Source: Camelus ferus
Lineage: Eukaryota
DNA: 64,000 nucleotides
Assembly: GCF_009834535.1 (NCBI RefSeq)
Contig: NC_045697.1
Coordinates: 27,344,001-27,408,000, forward strand
Direction: 5' to 3'
In this document: piece after piece, positions 12,530 through 25,049 of the stretch
Layout: each line of letters starts with the position of its first letter
How positions within the stretch are numbered: the first letter of the stretch is position 1
The notes under the pieces: generated by a model
Databases searched by the model: none
What the model saw: the letters and a program-made list of their open reading frames with translations, nothing else
What the model was told of the DNA's origin: nothing
Position numbers and translations under genes: made by a program

Positions 12530-12850
12530 TGCATTTATTTTTCAAGTACTTATTGTGTGACTGCTGTATACAGGGTCCCTTGCAACATGCTGGAAAAACA
12601 GCAAAGACAGGCACGGTCTCTGCCCACGTGGAATTTAGATTCTAGGAGGAGACCAGCAACTGATTGTACAAGTAATTGTCTCACTAAAACTGTGGTTAAA
12701 TACCGCAAAGGGTAAGTAGAGGATCCTGTGAAAGCAGCTGGGGAATCGGGGAAGACTTCTTTGAGAAAGTGACTTTCACTGAGCAGAGGTTTCATTGTGG
12801 TCATCTAGAAGAGAATCCTGGGTTCAGGGAGCAGCAGGTGAGGGAGGGAT
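12530..12850 (-). mobile_element. LINE-2 fragment
   Basis: caagtacttattg...aaagacaggcacggtctctgcccacgtggaatttagattctagg...gggaagacttctttgagaaagtgacttt. Confidence 0.6.
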
Positions 12851-13448
12851 GCTGCACAGTTAACATGGCTATTGCAACACAGTCCTTTGCTGCAACGGAC
12901 ATCTATTAGGATATCTGTTACGCTGACTCAAGTTTGTAAGTCAGTGTTAATTTATGCTAATGCTCTAACTTTTTTAGAAGGTCAGGTAAGCAGTGGTGAA
13001 TACCTAACTCACAGTGTGCATCAACAAATGGTAGATTATTTTAACAGTAATTTAAGAAGACTTTTGTAATCGTTAGAAAGTGTTCTGGAATTTGTAAAAG
13101 CGAAGCTCCATATTCGCAGGGAGATTCACTCATGTAGAAACCTCAGTGCCTTACCACGCTTGGGTATGGGACCTGGGGCTCTGCTGCTAACTTACAGATA
13201 GTTGATCCTTTCATCTCAAGACTGCTGCCTGTTGTAGATGAAAGTACCGACGGTCATCTGTGCTACCCGAAATCCGTAGGATAGATTGTAACCTTGAAGT
13301 GATTTTCTGCATGAGATGGTCCGAATTCTATAGGAGCTTGACTCTTTTGTTCTTTATTTTCATAGGTCATGAAATGAGAAAGTTTGTGTAATAAATTTGA
13401 ATTCAATTTTCATGAAAAGCTAGTTGCTTTTTTTGTTTATCTTTTAAG

Positions 13449-13538
13449 ATTGGTCAATCGGAAGTTTACCTCATCAGTCCTGACACCAAAAAAATAGCGT
13501 TGGAGAAAAATTTTAAGGAGATATCCTTTTGCTCTCAG
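13449..13538 (+). CDS. TBC1D1: TBC1D1 coding exon (~exon 4), 90 nt, PTB2
   Basis: cttttaag|ATT GGT CAA ... TCT CAG|gtaaat; [30 protein letters not shown]. Confidence 0.96.
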
Positions 13539-15297
13539 GTAAATGGAGATGGGTTATCAGCTCAAGAGCCATTGAATTTTTTAATAAATTCTTTTACTTT
13601 GTCACTGAGCAGAAGTGGTTAAGGTTACAAGGTGTATGCTTTGTAAGTACCCAATTTGTGATCTTCATTTCTTCTTCCTTTTGTATATTAAGGCAAAATG
13701 TGAATATAATTTTGAAATCAAGAATTTTGTTTTTAGCAACCATAATCTACTGGAGAACCTACTTTTCTTTTTTAAATCATCTGTAGTTATATTCCACAGT
13801 CATAATTCCAGGTGTATGTATATGTGTACGTCTGTGTGTGTGTTAATATATGCATTCATACATACAAATATATATTTTTAAATAGATATTTCTGCTTTAC
13901 AAAAACTCCTAACTTTTGGGTTACCAATGATCATTATTTCTTTTTCCTTAAAATATAATAAATAGTGACTATCTATAAGGGTGTCTTCCTCAGAATACAG
14001 TGTCTCCTTGAGTTCTTTCTTGATAATCTCCTGCGTGTGCTTCACAGGGGGATTTTGGAGAATCTGTCAATTGTAATGAGCTATGCCAGTTTTACTCAGG
14101 ATCTCCTAGCAAATATGAAATCACTTAAAGTTATTGTATGCCTCCTTTTTAAAACTCTCTCATTTTCTGATTTCCACTTTCTCAAAATAAGATATAATGA
14201 AAGTCTCCTTGTTTGTTGATTTATAACATGATCTACATATGGCTTCAACAGGGAATATTTTCCCCCCCAAAATGTGACAACAATGAATGTTCATGAATAC
14301 AGTCGAATAGGGAACCCTTTACCAAGGAAAAGATTTTCCAAATCACACCCCCCTGAGAAGTAACCTCTCGCATCTGGTTAACTTGCTGTTGGAGGACGTT
14401 GCCTGAGATGCCAGGCTGTGTCGGTGATTGCCCGTTTGTTGGGAGATACTTGACCTGAAAGTGAGATTCTCCACAGACTTTTTAATCTTGATGAGGTGCT
14501 ATTTCTATTGAAATGTTATTATTAAGTATTTACCTTTGCACGTGATAGTTTTTGTCATTTCCTAAATGATGTGGTTGACATGATCACCTGACGTTCAGAG
14601 TGTCAGCACTCAGATCTCAGCATGCTGGTGATTTCAGGAGACCCTGTGTATTCACACTTATGGATGAAGTCTTATCTGTGTTACTGTGCCTCTTCGCTTA
14701 TACTCTCAAAACAAGTGTACATACAATATTTATTTAAAAGAGCTCTTAAGAACTGTGGTAGAGCTTTGGCCTTAATATCTTATGTGTAAAAGCTTCTCCA
14801 TTCTTTGTATGATTTTTGATTCATTGTTCCTTCCAGTTTACTTCAGTATTTACCTATTTCTTATTTTAGGAGTACAAAGATGATAAATCGTTTCTCTTAA
14901 CCTTTGTGTCTGCATGTGTTTGTGTGTGCATGTACGTGCGTGTGTGTGGGTACACTTGTGTTTTTTCATTAATGTCTCATCTGCTTACTCCTTGATACCT
15001 AAGAAAAGTTCTCATTTTTCTGTGTCAGCTTTTCTCTGCTTCCTTTTAGTGGTAAAATGAGCATGAAAAACTCCAGTTTTCAGATGCTACGTCTCTTACT
15101 GTGGGGGTAATCAGGGTAACATTTTAGTAGAACTTCACATTTGAGAGATTTTTTAGATTTTTAAAATACCTGAGAAAATAATACCTTTATGTAGTGTCCT
15201 TTAAAATTGTACTGCGTAAATCTGAAGCTGCATGTCCGGCAGTGGTGCCTCTTCTGGAGACAGCTCACCGCTCCCTTCTCTCTTCCCGCCTCTGCAG

Positions 15298-15402
15298 GGT
15301 ATTAGGCACGTGGACCACTTTGGGTTTATCTGCCGAGAGTCTTCAGGAGGTGGAGGCTTTCATTTCGTCTGTTACGTGTTTCAGTGCACAAACGAGGCTC
15401 TG
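15298..15402 (+). CDS. TBC1D1: TBC1D1 coding exon (~exon 5), 105 nt, PTB2
   Basis: ctctgcag|GGT ATT ... GCT CTG|gtaagt; GIRHVDHFGFICRESSGGGGFHFVCYVFQCTNEAL. Confidence 0.97.
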
Positions 15403-15926
15403 GTAAGTGAGAAGGAGCCGTTCTTACCTCCAAGTTTCATTTACCAGGGATTTCAACCTCACTGATTTCTTTCCTTAGCAAAACCATATGGCCTCATTGG
15501 CATGTTATTTGGCTTTAATTATTTATCCATGGCTGTTAAACAGTTAGCTAGTTAGCACACACCTGAGCCTTACTTGGGTGTGTGTTTTCAATTTTCATTA
15601 TTCTTGAAGACCTGCTCACTTTCACCCCTGCTTTATTAGCATTTTTAAAATATCATTTTGTACTTCTGATCAGAAGACTTGGCTTTTTCTCTCAGTATTT
15701 AATTTGAGCCTAGTTTTTACCTTATCTCCTGGAAGAGCTTTGCACATTCATCGTGTTTCTCAGACTGAACGTAATCCTAGCAGTTATTATGATTATTATC
15801 CGTCAGCCTGTGACTGATGCTCCAGAAGAATCTTAAAATCCCGAGTCTTTCCGCAGAGTCCTGAGCCCTCTGCCCAGCTCATTCAGAGTGGCCTTTTGCT
15901 GACTGGTCTGCCTTCTCTCTGTCCAG

Positions 15927-16059
15927 GTTGATGAAATCATGATGACTCTGAAGCAGGCCTTCACGGTGGCTGCGGTGCAGCGGACGGCCAGGGCGCCGGC
16001 CCAGCTGTGTGAGGGCTGCCCCCTGCAGGGTCTGCACAAGCTCTGTGAGCGGATCGAGG
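15927..16059 (+). CDS. TBC1D1: TBC1D1 coding exon (~exon 6), 133 nt, phase 0-1
   Basis: ctgtccag|GTT GAT ... GAG G|gtgagc; [44 protein letters not shown](G). Confidence 0.96.
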
Positions 16060-16646
16060 GTGAGCCGGGGCGGAGGGTGAGCGGGGACCCCTTCGAGCAG
16101 ATGAATGTCTTCTGTGTGTCAGCTACTGCGCTAGGCACCCCCTGCTACCACCTTCCCTCCAAGGGGCTCTGAGGGTAGTGGAGGAGTTAGGGAATCCGAG
16201 GGTACAACCCCAGTTGTGTTGCTAATCAAAGGCATGTGAGCACTCAGTCACGTTGGCTGCCGTGGAGAGGGCTAGTAGTATAAGAGGGAAGACTTTCCAC
16301 TGGGTGTCCCGATCAGAAGGTCATCGGTGACCTCTGCCAGAGCAGTTTTAATGGGGTGGAGTGGCCGGAAGACAGGTGGCAGTTGAGAAGCCTATTACAA
16401 AGGGCACAGGAAATGGTGCTGTGAGTATGGACAACAGTTTCTAGAAATTTGGCTTAGGGAGAAACTGCAATAAATGTTACAGTTTGCAGATAATGTTGAT
16501 CATGTACTTAAGATGTGCCTGGCTCTGAGCTGGGTGTTTTCTTTAACATGTGTTATCATCCATTTAATCCTCACCACTTTGTGGGCAGAAAAGGGATTAT
16601 TTATTTTGTACATTTCAGGGATAAGTAAACCTCCTTTCTGGGTTTT

Positions 16647-16802
16647 AAAAAAATTTATATTTATTTTTATTTGGAAGGGGGAGGTAATTAGGTTTATTTA
16701 TTTATTAGGTTATTTATTTATTTAAATAGAGGTACTGAGAATTGAACCCAGAACCTCGCTCATGCTAAGTTTGCACTGTACCACTGAGCTATACCCTCCC
16801 CC
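16647..16802 (-). mobile_element. tRNA-derived SINE (camelid vic-1-like)
   Basis: reverse complement GGGGGAGGGTATAGCTCAGTGGTACAG...GGTTCAATTCTCAGTACCTC, (TAAA)n, ACCTAATTACCTCCCC; flanking duplication ctttctggg(g)tttt. Confidence 0.88.
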
Positions 16803-18795
16803 TAACTTTCTGGGGTTTTTTGTTTTGCTTTGTTTTGTTTTGTTTTGTTTTTGGATGGTAGCCATTCTGATGTGTGTGAAGTGATATCTGATTTCCTTTT
16901 TTAAAGATAAATTGACATCATCTTAAGGTCCTCAAAGGTTCATTTGCTGGCATTCCAGTGCTCTTTAAAATGAATCAAAATGATAAACATTTTAAACTGT
17001 GTTTTCCTAGTTGTTACTCTTTGCTGACATTATACAAAATATATCTGGGAACAAGAAAAGTTGTGCTTTAACAAGAGATCCCATCTGAGAAGATCACTAA
17101 CCCTTTCCTTAGTGGTTGTCAAGATAAGGTAAACGATGACGGAAATGCCCCTTATGAGCTTATTAAGAACCAGCAGTGACTCTGGCCTTGAAGATAAAGC
17201 AGACCGTGATCTGGAGGAACTGGAAGGATTCCAGAGTTCCACTTGATAAATCTTTCTTTGGTCTGGCTTAGCTTTCAGAAGTTTAAAGCTGAAAAGTTTG
17301 GTCATGGTAGGGATTTTGCTGCTGTAGTTTTGGAGTTACTGTTTAATTCATCTTTTTCCCTGATAAAATACCAAGCAAAGCAGAAAGCGATGCTGACGTA
17401 AAAACATCCATTAAGTAGCACAATTAGGAGGCTGGTGAGGGTGTTTTGCCTTCGTGATGGGAAGCATTTCTAGAATGTAGATGGCCCATTATTAGAGCCA
17501 TCCTTACTAGAGGAGATGCTGATTATTTTATGAACAGTTTGAGGTTCTTGCTTTTTGCTATATTGCTTCCCTAGTAAGTAGAATGAAGTGGTTTATTAAA
17601 GCTCGTTGTATGTTCCCATTAAGAGTAGTTTTTATAGGAAGCCACGATCTGGGCAAGAACTTCATACACTGTGGAGAGGACCAGTGACTTGGCCACAAAA
17701 AGGACTTAAAGACTGTGTTTTCTTAATCAATTGATACAGTCTCGTGTGCTCTGGAATCTATAAAGTAGACTAAATACAGTGCACCTATGGGTAACGGTGG
17801 CCACTGCACTCTGGAGCGCACTTACAGCTTGTAAGAGGGGCTGCTGTTCTTGATTCTGTTAGAATTATATACAACTGCTAGTATTACTTACATGGTATTT
17901 TGCTTTTTTTTTTTTTTTTTTCAAGTTTAGAGGAGCATTTGGGGAATTGCTGGAAAGAATTTATACTTTCACTAAAAAGAAAAAAAAAAGTTGAACTAAG
18001 GTTTTCTTTTGCACTCTAAATTTGCCTCCAACACGGCAAAGCCATTCAGATTCAGAGCTCCCTCTAATAAGAGCCTTTTCAGCCGGACAGCACAAAGGCC
18101 AGCGCACTAACCACCCTGGAGGGACTGTAGTCTGGGAAAGCCCTGGACTCTGGTTACCCTTCTCTGCTGTGTTTCTTGCCTCCCTTCTCGCCTATTAAAA
18201 AAAAAAAAAAGCTTTTGGCATCATGCAGGGAGTGCTGCCTTCTTGCTGCAGACACCCCCCAGGAGTGGCTGAAGGTGGTGAGAAGCCCCGTGGGGGGTGC
18301 ACGGTGGGGAGCAGGCACTGGGCCCAGGAGGACCACCTCTGTTTTAATGTGGGGTGGGGAGGACCTAATGAATGGAGGCATCCTCACGGCAGGGGTAGAA
18401 CTGTCGCAGGGGCTCTGTGCCTGCTGGATGTGAAGAGTAGTCCGTATTGTATGATTTCACCCGAGACTGTTTGAAGTGTACCCAATTAGTCCACCTCTTC
18501 TTGGGGTTTTTCTCTACACGTGAATGTCTCATCAGACAGAACAGTGTGTCTGAGAGAGGATGCTCACACTGTGTCATTGACGTCCATGTCCGGGGGAGGA
18601 TTTTCATCTAATGATTTCTAAGTGCTAATTTTACTCATAAATTTAAACACTGTTTTGATTCAACATTTCAGTAGTTAGTTCAGTAAAGTCATCTCTGTTT
18701 TTTCCCTGGCTGCTGTGACCTGCCAGCCTGCCAGAAGAGTACCTGAATTGTGCTCTGACAAAATCCATCTGTCCTTTTGCACTTGTACTCACCTC

Positions 18796-19170
18796 TTTTT
18801 TTTTAAATTGAAGTATAGTTGACTTACAATATTATTATTAGTTTCAGGTGTACAACATAATGATTCAATATTTTTATATATTACATAGCATACAGTGTTG
18901 TTATAACATTATTTACTATGTTTTCTGTGCTGTGTATTCCATCCCTGTAACTTATTTATTTTATAACTGGTAGTTTAATCCCCTGGTATCTCTTATTTCC
19001 CTTCACCTGTTTCACCCATTCCCGCTTTCCCCTCTCCTCTTGTGACCACCAGTTTGTTGTCTGTATCTTAAGTGTGTTTCTGTTTTGCTGTATTTTTTGT
19101 TTTTTTTTTTAGATTCCGCATATAAGTGAAAACATATAATATCTGTCTTTTCTGCCTCATTTCACTTAGC
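18796..19170 (-). mobile_element. L1 3' UTR fragment with poly(A) tail
   Basis: T-run then aattgaagtatagttgacttacaatatt..gtttcaggtgtacaacataatgattc ... tagattccgcatataagtga...tttcacttagc. Confidence 0.85.
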
Positions 19171-19279
19171 GATTCACTTTGGTATTAAAGCCACTGGTGT
19201 CAGGTGACTTGACTGTCCAGGTGAAGGGGAGCAGTGGCGTGTTTCAGAGTGTTCCCTGGAGGCTGGCAGATGTGGGTCA

Positions 19280-19460
19280 GATTTTAACTCTGTCCCTTAC
19301 TTAGCTGATGACCTTGGACAAAATACTTGACTTCACTGTGCCTCAGTTTCTTCGTCTACAGACACTGGGACAACTAAAACCAGTGCCCATTTCAAGGATT
19401 ATGTTGAGGATTAAATGATATTATTCATGGAGTGTTGTGCACAGTAGTCACTTAAATAAT
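19280..19460 (+). mobile_element. MIR SINE
   Basis: tgaccttggacaaaatacttgacttcactgtgcctcagtttcttcgtcta...gttgaggattaaatga. Confidence 0.75.
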
Positions 19461-20294
19461 TGCCTTTTATTTTTATGGTGACTTCTTAGGGTTTTCGGGG
19501 CCCCCCCCAAAAAAAAGATTGAGAGGAAAGGCAGGACTTCTGGAAGCGGAGAGAGCTGCAACAGTTTGAGCAGGGGCTGCAGCCTGGCCGCAGCCTGTTA
19601 GGAGGGTGGGGCTCTGCCTTCTGCAGCAGGAGGGGTCGGGGGAGGCACCCTGGCTCTGGGCACGGATCGGCCCCCTGACCTTTAGTCACTGGCTTCTCTG
19701 GACCTCAGCAAACTCATCTGTAAAACAGAGGCATGATTTCCAAGTCCCTGTTCTGGATGTCGGAGGTCCCCTCCAGCCCTCCTCATTGACGCAGGTAGAT
19801 CTGGCTTGGAGCCCCTGCCCCGCTGCTCACCCGGGAGCAGGCGGGGGTGGCAGGTGGATGGGGACAGGACTGCCCTTGGAACCAGAGCAGTCGGCAGCAG
19901 TTTTTCCACGAACGTTAGGTCAGTGATTCCTTTCATTCCAGATCCTCTCTTCATGTGGGGCGTTTATCTCTGGCACCAAGAAGAGGCCGACAGGTTCCTA
20001 GCCATTTATGTGTGGAGAAGGAACTTTGTGAAATATCAGATTCTAATGGGTACTAACACTGCAACTTTATTTTAAGGACTTTTCCTCACACTCCTTTGTA
20101 ATGTTAACAACACAGTCTTAAGACTGTTAATAAGCAAGTGGTGGTGAAAAGAAAAGTTGTTAGCCACACAAATCAGTTTTACGTGAAAGAGCCTAACATG
20201 TAAAAGGAAAACTCTGGTCAGTTTTCAAATGTTAACGTACAAATACTCCCAAGAGTTTTCTGAGGACAATGCTCTGATTGTGTGAGGTGTTCTA

Positions 20295-20520
20295 ACATGG
20301 AGTAGTGGTGAAAAAATGCAATTTGGAGCCACGCAAACCTGAGGTAAAGCCCAGTTGGTGGTCTTTGGAAATTATGGGAGCTCTCTGAGTCTCAGTTCCT
20401 GAACTGTAAAATGGGGCTAATCGACTCTTGTTCGTCAGATTGTTCTGACTATTAAATGACCCAGGCCTGAAGTTGAAGTCAGTGCCTAGCACACAAGGGC
20501 TCAACCAAAAAATGTTAGTT
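20295..20520 (+). mobile_element. MIR SINE
   Basis: ctctctgagtctcagttcctgaactgtaaaatggggctaat...cagtgcctagcacacaa. Confidence 0.7.
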
Positions 20521-20701
20521 GTCACCGGCATCATCACCGACATGTTGGATTAGAATTTCCGTGAAACCTCAAGAGCCTGAGGGGGGGGTGAGCACCCACC
20601 TTTCAAGTAAAGAGGAGTGATTATGGGAGGTGTTGACTCTCCCTTATAGCTGTTACATAGAGTGTTCTCATGTCTCTGTCTTTTTAAAAATCTCTTAATA
20701 G

Positions 20702-20793
20702 GAATGAATTCTTCCAAAACCAAACTAGAACTCCAGAAGCACCTGACAACGTTAACGAATCAGGAGCAAGCGACAATTTTTGAAGAGGTTCAG
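20702..20793 (+). CDS. TBC1D1: TBC1D1 coding exon (~exon 7), 92 nt, phase 1-0
   Basis: cttaatag|GA ATG AAT ... GTT CAG|gtatgg; (G)MNSSKTKLELQKHLTTLTNQEQATIFEEVQ. Confidence 0.96.
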
Positions 20794-21271
20794 GTATGGT
20801 AATGGTTTCTAATTTCTAGAAGGAACGAGAATGCAGGCAACTTATCCATGAAATGTTATTTATAAAAAATTACAAAGCAGAGCGGTCAGAGCCCCGAGGA
20901 AGTGGCCCCGAGTTCCTCTTGGCTTAAGCTTTAACAGCCCCCTGGAGGGGGCCAGGTCAGAATTGGTTTTCTTGTGAATATAACTAAGCCAGGGGAGCTG
21001 TCCCTTAAAGAATGAGAGAAAGGAAATGAAGTGGAGAGAGCCTCAGCCTGGGAGACAGGGGACTTGGACTTTGGTCCCTGAGCACTGCTCTCCCCAGGAA
21101 ACCTCTGCCCGCGCCTTCCTGCTGGGGATTCAGCCCTCCTTGTGGGAGTCTCAAGGGACATTTCGTACATGAAATTGAACATAATTGTTCCTCCCCTCTC
21201 TTATTTTTCAGTTTTGAAAATAGATGATGTTACCTACTATGTGATATATCAAACTTAAAAACAAAATACAG

Positions 21272-21350
21272 AGTGGGGAGGGTATATCTCAGTGGTAGAG
21301 CACTTGCTTAGCATGCACTGGATCCTCGGTTCAATCCCCAGTACCTCCAT

Positions 21351-21411
<61 letters not shown>

Positions 21412-21480
21412 TAAATAAATAAATAAAAACCTAATTATCTTCCCCCCTCAAATAAAAAAAGTTTAAAAAAACCAAACAAA
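21272..21480 (+). mobile_element. tRNA-derived SINE (camelid vic-1-like) with expanded internal (TAAA)7(TAAG)7(TAAA)5 microsatellite (21352-21427)
   Basis: GGGGAGGGTATATCTCAGTGGTAGAG A box, GGTTCAATCCC B box, ACCTAATTATCTTCCCC, A-tail; duplication aaaa(c)caaaataca on both sides. Confidence 0.9.
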
Positions 21481-23949
21481 AAACCAAAATACAAAACAAA
21501 ACCCAAGCTCGTTGGTTTTCTGCAGTAAACCCGGAAACTCGCTCTTGTCCTCACATTTTGATGCACGTTTCTCGGGGAAACCATGCTGTGTGTGCTGGCA
21601 TGCCTGTAGTCTGTTCATTATGAATCTTTAATGAGCTCATCAAAAATTTCATGTCTGCTTTAGCCGAGGGGCATTTTCTGTGGTTTCGTGGCACTTCTCT
21701 AGGGAGGAGAGCACAGCAGAACAAAGCATTAATCTCTCTTTTGGAGGGAGGAGAGTGGCAGGGTTCTGCAAAGAGAGGAGTCTTTAAACAAAACAGGAAG
21801 GCCAGCAACTCTAGACTGTGAGTTCTCTCTCCCTCCTCACTGGGGGAAGGACTGCAGACAGGGCCCTTGGTCTGTTTTCTGTTAGAGTGAAAAATTAAAG
21901 AACTGTCTTTTTCTTTAATCACATGTTAAGAGTTCTCCTTCCCTTGTTTTTCTGCAGGAAGATTGGCGAATGTTTGTAGAAAGAAAGCATAGTAAGGTTT
22001 TTAAATTCCATAAATAGCTTAGAATAACTTACGCAATTTCCAGTTGCCTTTAAATTTTCTTGTTTTCTTCTGAATTGACTTGAGACACACTACTTTGTTT
22101 TTTCTTCAAAGATCTTTAGAGTTCTAAGTACACAGTCCTCTCAGGCAAATTTAATGTGATTTGTACTTGGAATTCATAAATAGATGGACATTTGCTTCTG
22201 ACTGTTAATGCGTTTGTAATGGGAGCTGGGGCTGTTTTCATCTGATGCTGGCCCACTTTGCTGTATTAGTGCTATCAAGTCACTTTGGGGAACATCTTTC
22301 TAGCAAGCATAGAAGATGTACATTCCTCCCCTAATGTGAGTTGGTTTTCTTTTTAATTTAGGCAGCACTGTGTAGTTTTCCCCAGAAGACTGTGATGAAT
22401 CAAGATAGGTAATATCCAAAATATTCTTTTGCAGCAGTGACAAGTTCCTAATGGATGTGGTTCTGAGATTCTCATTGATGCATGAAAGTTTAAGACACAT
22501 TATGACAAACAAACTTTAGAGAAAATCAGTGACAAAGGTTTGCTTTAAAAAATGCATTCAGTTAATATCTCAGGGCCCTGTGTGTGGTTCTAGAAGGCAC
22601 TGTAATTTTTTGATTGGTTTAAAGACAAAGGGAAGTCCTACTGTTCATTGGCTTTGAAAAGCCAGCTCATACTTTGTCTTCCATCATTGTAAGTGTGGCT
22701 TTTCTTTAAATAATGCAAATTTGACACAGCTTTCTTCTGATGGCTTATTGGTAGTCTTGTTAAATTACTTCCTCAAGGATCAATCTTGTTTTTTATAAAA
22801 TATTTTATAAACCAAGTCACTGGTTTATTTTTTAGTAGTAGTGCCTGTTGATGTTTTTGAAAAACCATGGGTTTCAAAAACATCATAAAGAAAAAAGTGG
22901 CTTTGCAGTGTCATGAGACTTCCTATAAATAGATTGGTTAATATTTTCCTGGAGAATATTTTGTTTCTGAGGAATTCTCCAAGGGCAAATTTTTATAAAA
23001 CAAATCTAATTACTACTGAAATAAATGGTACATGATTACTTAAATAGTTATTGAAGCATACATATTTGTTTTTGTAAATCAGTGTTTCATGTTAAAATAA
23101 AAAAGTGCAACCCAAACAGAACCGGAAAGAAACAGATCATTAATTACTGTGCAGATGGTGCTGGGGATTACCACTGCTGCCAGCAAGCCAGCTTCGACTT
23201 TGAGCTCCGAGAGGAGGACTTGGTGCCCCATGGGCTTGCGGGGCTGCGAACCCTCCTCTTCCTAAGAGGACTCATGACACTGCAGAGGCACTTTTTTTTT
23301 TTATCAATGACCTTTTTGAAATGTACAATTTTCAACATATCTAGGTGGGTATATAGGAAGGTGACCCGCAGGCGGGGCCTTGCTCTCTCCTGCTGTCTCC
23401 ACTGGCTGAATGTGTCCACATCCATTGTCCTTAGAGGAAGAAACTGCTTTCATGCCAAGTGGAATTGGTGAAGAAAATGTTTATAAGTCTTAATTCCATT
23501 CATCTGAATGAGTGCGTTTTAGGGAATGCCTTAATGAATACTCAGTAGGTAAATCAAGTAGATTGAGACTCAATAGATGTTGATAATGGATTAAATAACA
23601 TAACTTTAAACAAGTCAAAGATTAATGGTTGGAGGAACTCCCCCCCAACTTTGTGTAGACTATATATCAACTTAGTTGGCTTTTCAGTGATTTAAAAATG
23701 ATTTCTTATAAGATTTTATTATCATTTTTTTTAAAAAAGATGTCTGGTGGTTGTATCCAGGTGAGTGTCGCTATTTTGAATAGACCCCTCAGAAGACCAT
23801 AGACTTTCTCAGTGTTCTGGTATTCATTAGCCAGTGTTAGAAATTGATTTTAAAATCATTTTTACAACTGACTTACAGAGAAATGAGATTAAGAAGTGTA
23901 ACAAAATTGGCTTTGTTACTTTTAATAGGCAATTAATTATTTTGCATTT

Positions 23950-24415
23950 TTCTTTTTAAAAAATGAAATCTATAGCAAAGCACACAAATCAATGTTGTAT
24001 AGTTCAATGAAATTAAAAAAATATTTTTGCAGTTAAAAGAAATTTTTGAGGCATAGTTTTTACAATATTATGTAAGTTTCAGGTGTACAACATAGTCTCT
24101 CTCTCTCTCTTTTTTTTAAATGGAGGTACTGGGGATGGAACCCAGGACCTCGTGCATGCTAAGCAGGGGCTCTGTCACTGAGCTGTACCCTCCCTGCCTC
24201 AGATGTACAATGTAGTGATTCACAGTTTTTAAAGGTTTTACTCTACTTATAGTTATTATAAAATACTGGCTGCATTTCAGTGAATTTTCATTAAGATGAA
24301 TACACCTGTGCAGCAGCACCCAGATTGGGAAATAGGGCCATCCCGTCCCTCAGAACCCGGTCAGCACTGCCCCCAGGGAACCACTGTCCTGACTTCTGAC
24401 GCTGTAGATAACTTT
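23950..24415 (-). mobile_element. Nested cluster: old L1M fragment interrupted by a younger L1 3' end (~24015-24275), itself interrupted by a short tRNA-SINE (24097-24198)
   Basis: SINE flanked by tcaggtgtacaacatagt / tcagatgtacaatgtagt; inner L1 flanked by ttcaatgaaatt / ttcagtgaattt. Confidence 0.8.
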
Positions 24416-25049
24416 GAGTAAGCAAGTTAGTTTTTGACTGCAAAGTAGTATTATCCAACTTGAGTCCCCATTATTTTCCTCAGATTTGTCCCTCTGACTC
24501 ATGGCTATTTATAAATCACCTTTAGGAAGGAATGATTTGCCCCTTTGGAGAATGGTGAAGTCACATGGTCACATGGGAGGTATTAAGGTGATGAGACCTC
24601 ACGAATCGTTTTCACTCAACAGGAGGGTCGCCCCGAGTCATGTTTCAGTTATTTTAAGGAGGGATTTATTTCTTGACCTTGTGTGACACCCCAGACATGG
24701 TCTTCTCAGCCTCACCGACTTTCCCTGTGATGCCTAAGGTGCTCTGTGATGTAGTGTCTGGGTGATGGCTCTGGTGGTACCCTGTGTTCACTGCAGTCTC
24801 ATTCTCTGTCCATTTGAGTAGGTTCTTTGATGTGTATGTTGAGAAAAAGAAAATGTATTAATAATTCTCTTTATTACTGCATTCTTAGCCTTTTTTAATA
24901 TTTTGAAATAAGTGATTGTGAAGAATTTCTCCAAGAAAATAGACATATTCTTGTGAGAGCAGCCCAAGGTTTAATTAAAGAGTAGGAGAGGAAAGAATGG
25001 GGCAGCTCTTGGGTACCTTTCAGTCCTGTCTGCTCCTCTTTCCTGGACT

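Noticed and set aside
21275..21350. tRNA-like sequence with A and B boxes (also at 9.2, 16.7 and 24.1 kb)
   Set aside because: These are SINE heads with tails and target-site duplications, not tRNA genes.
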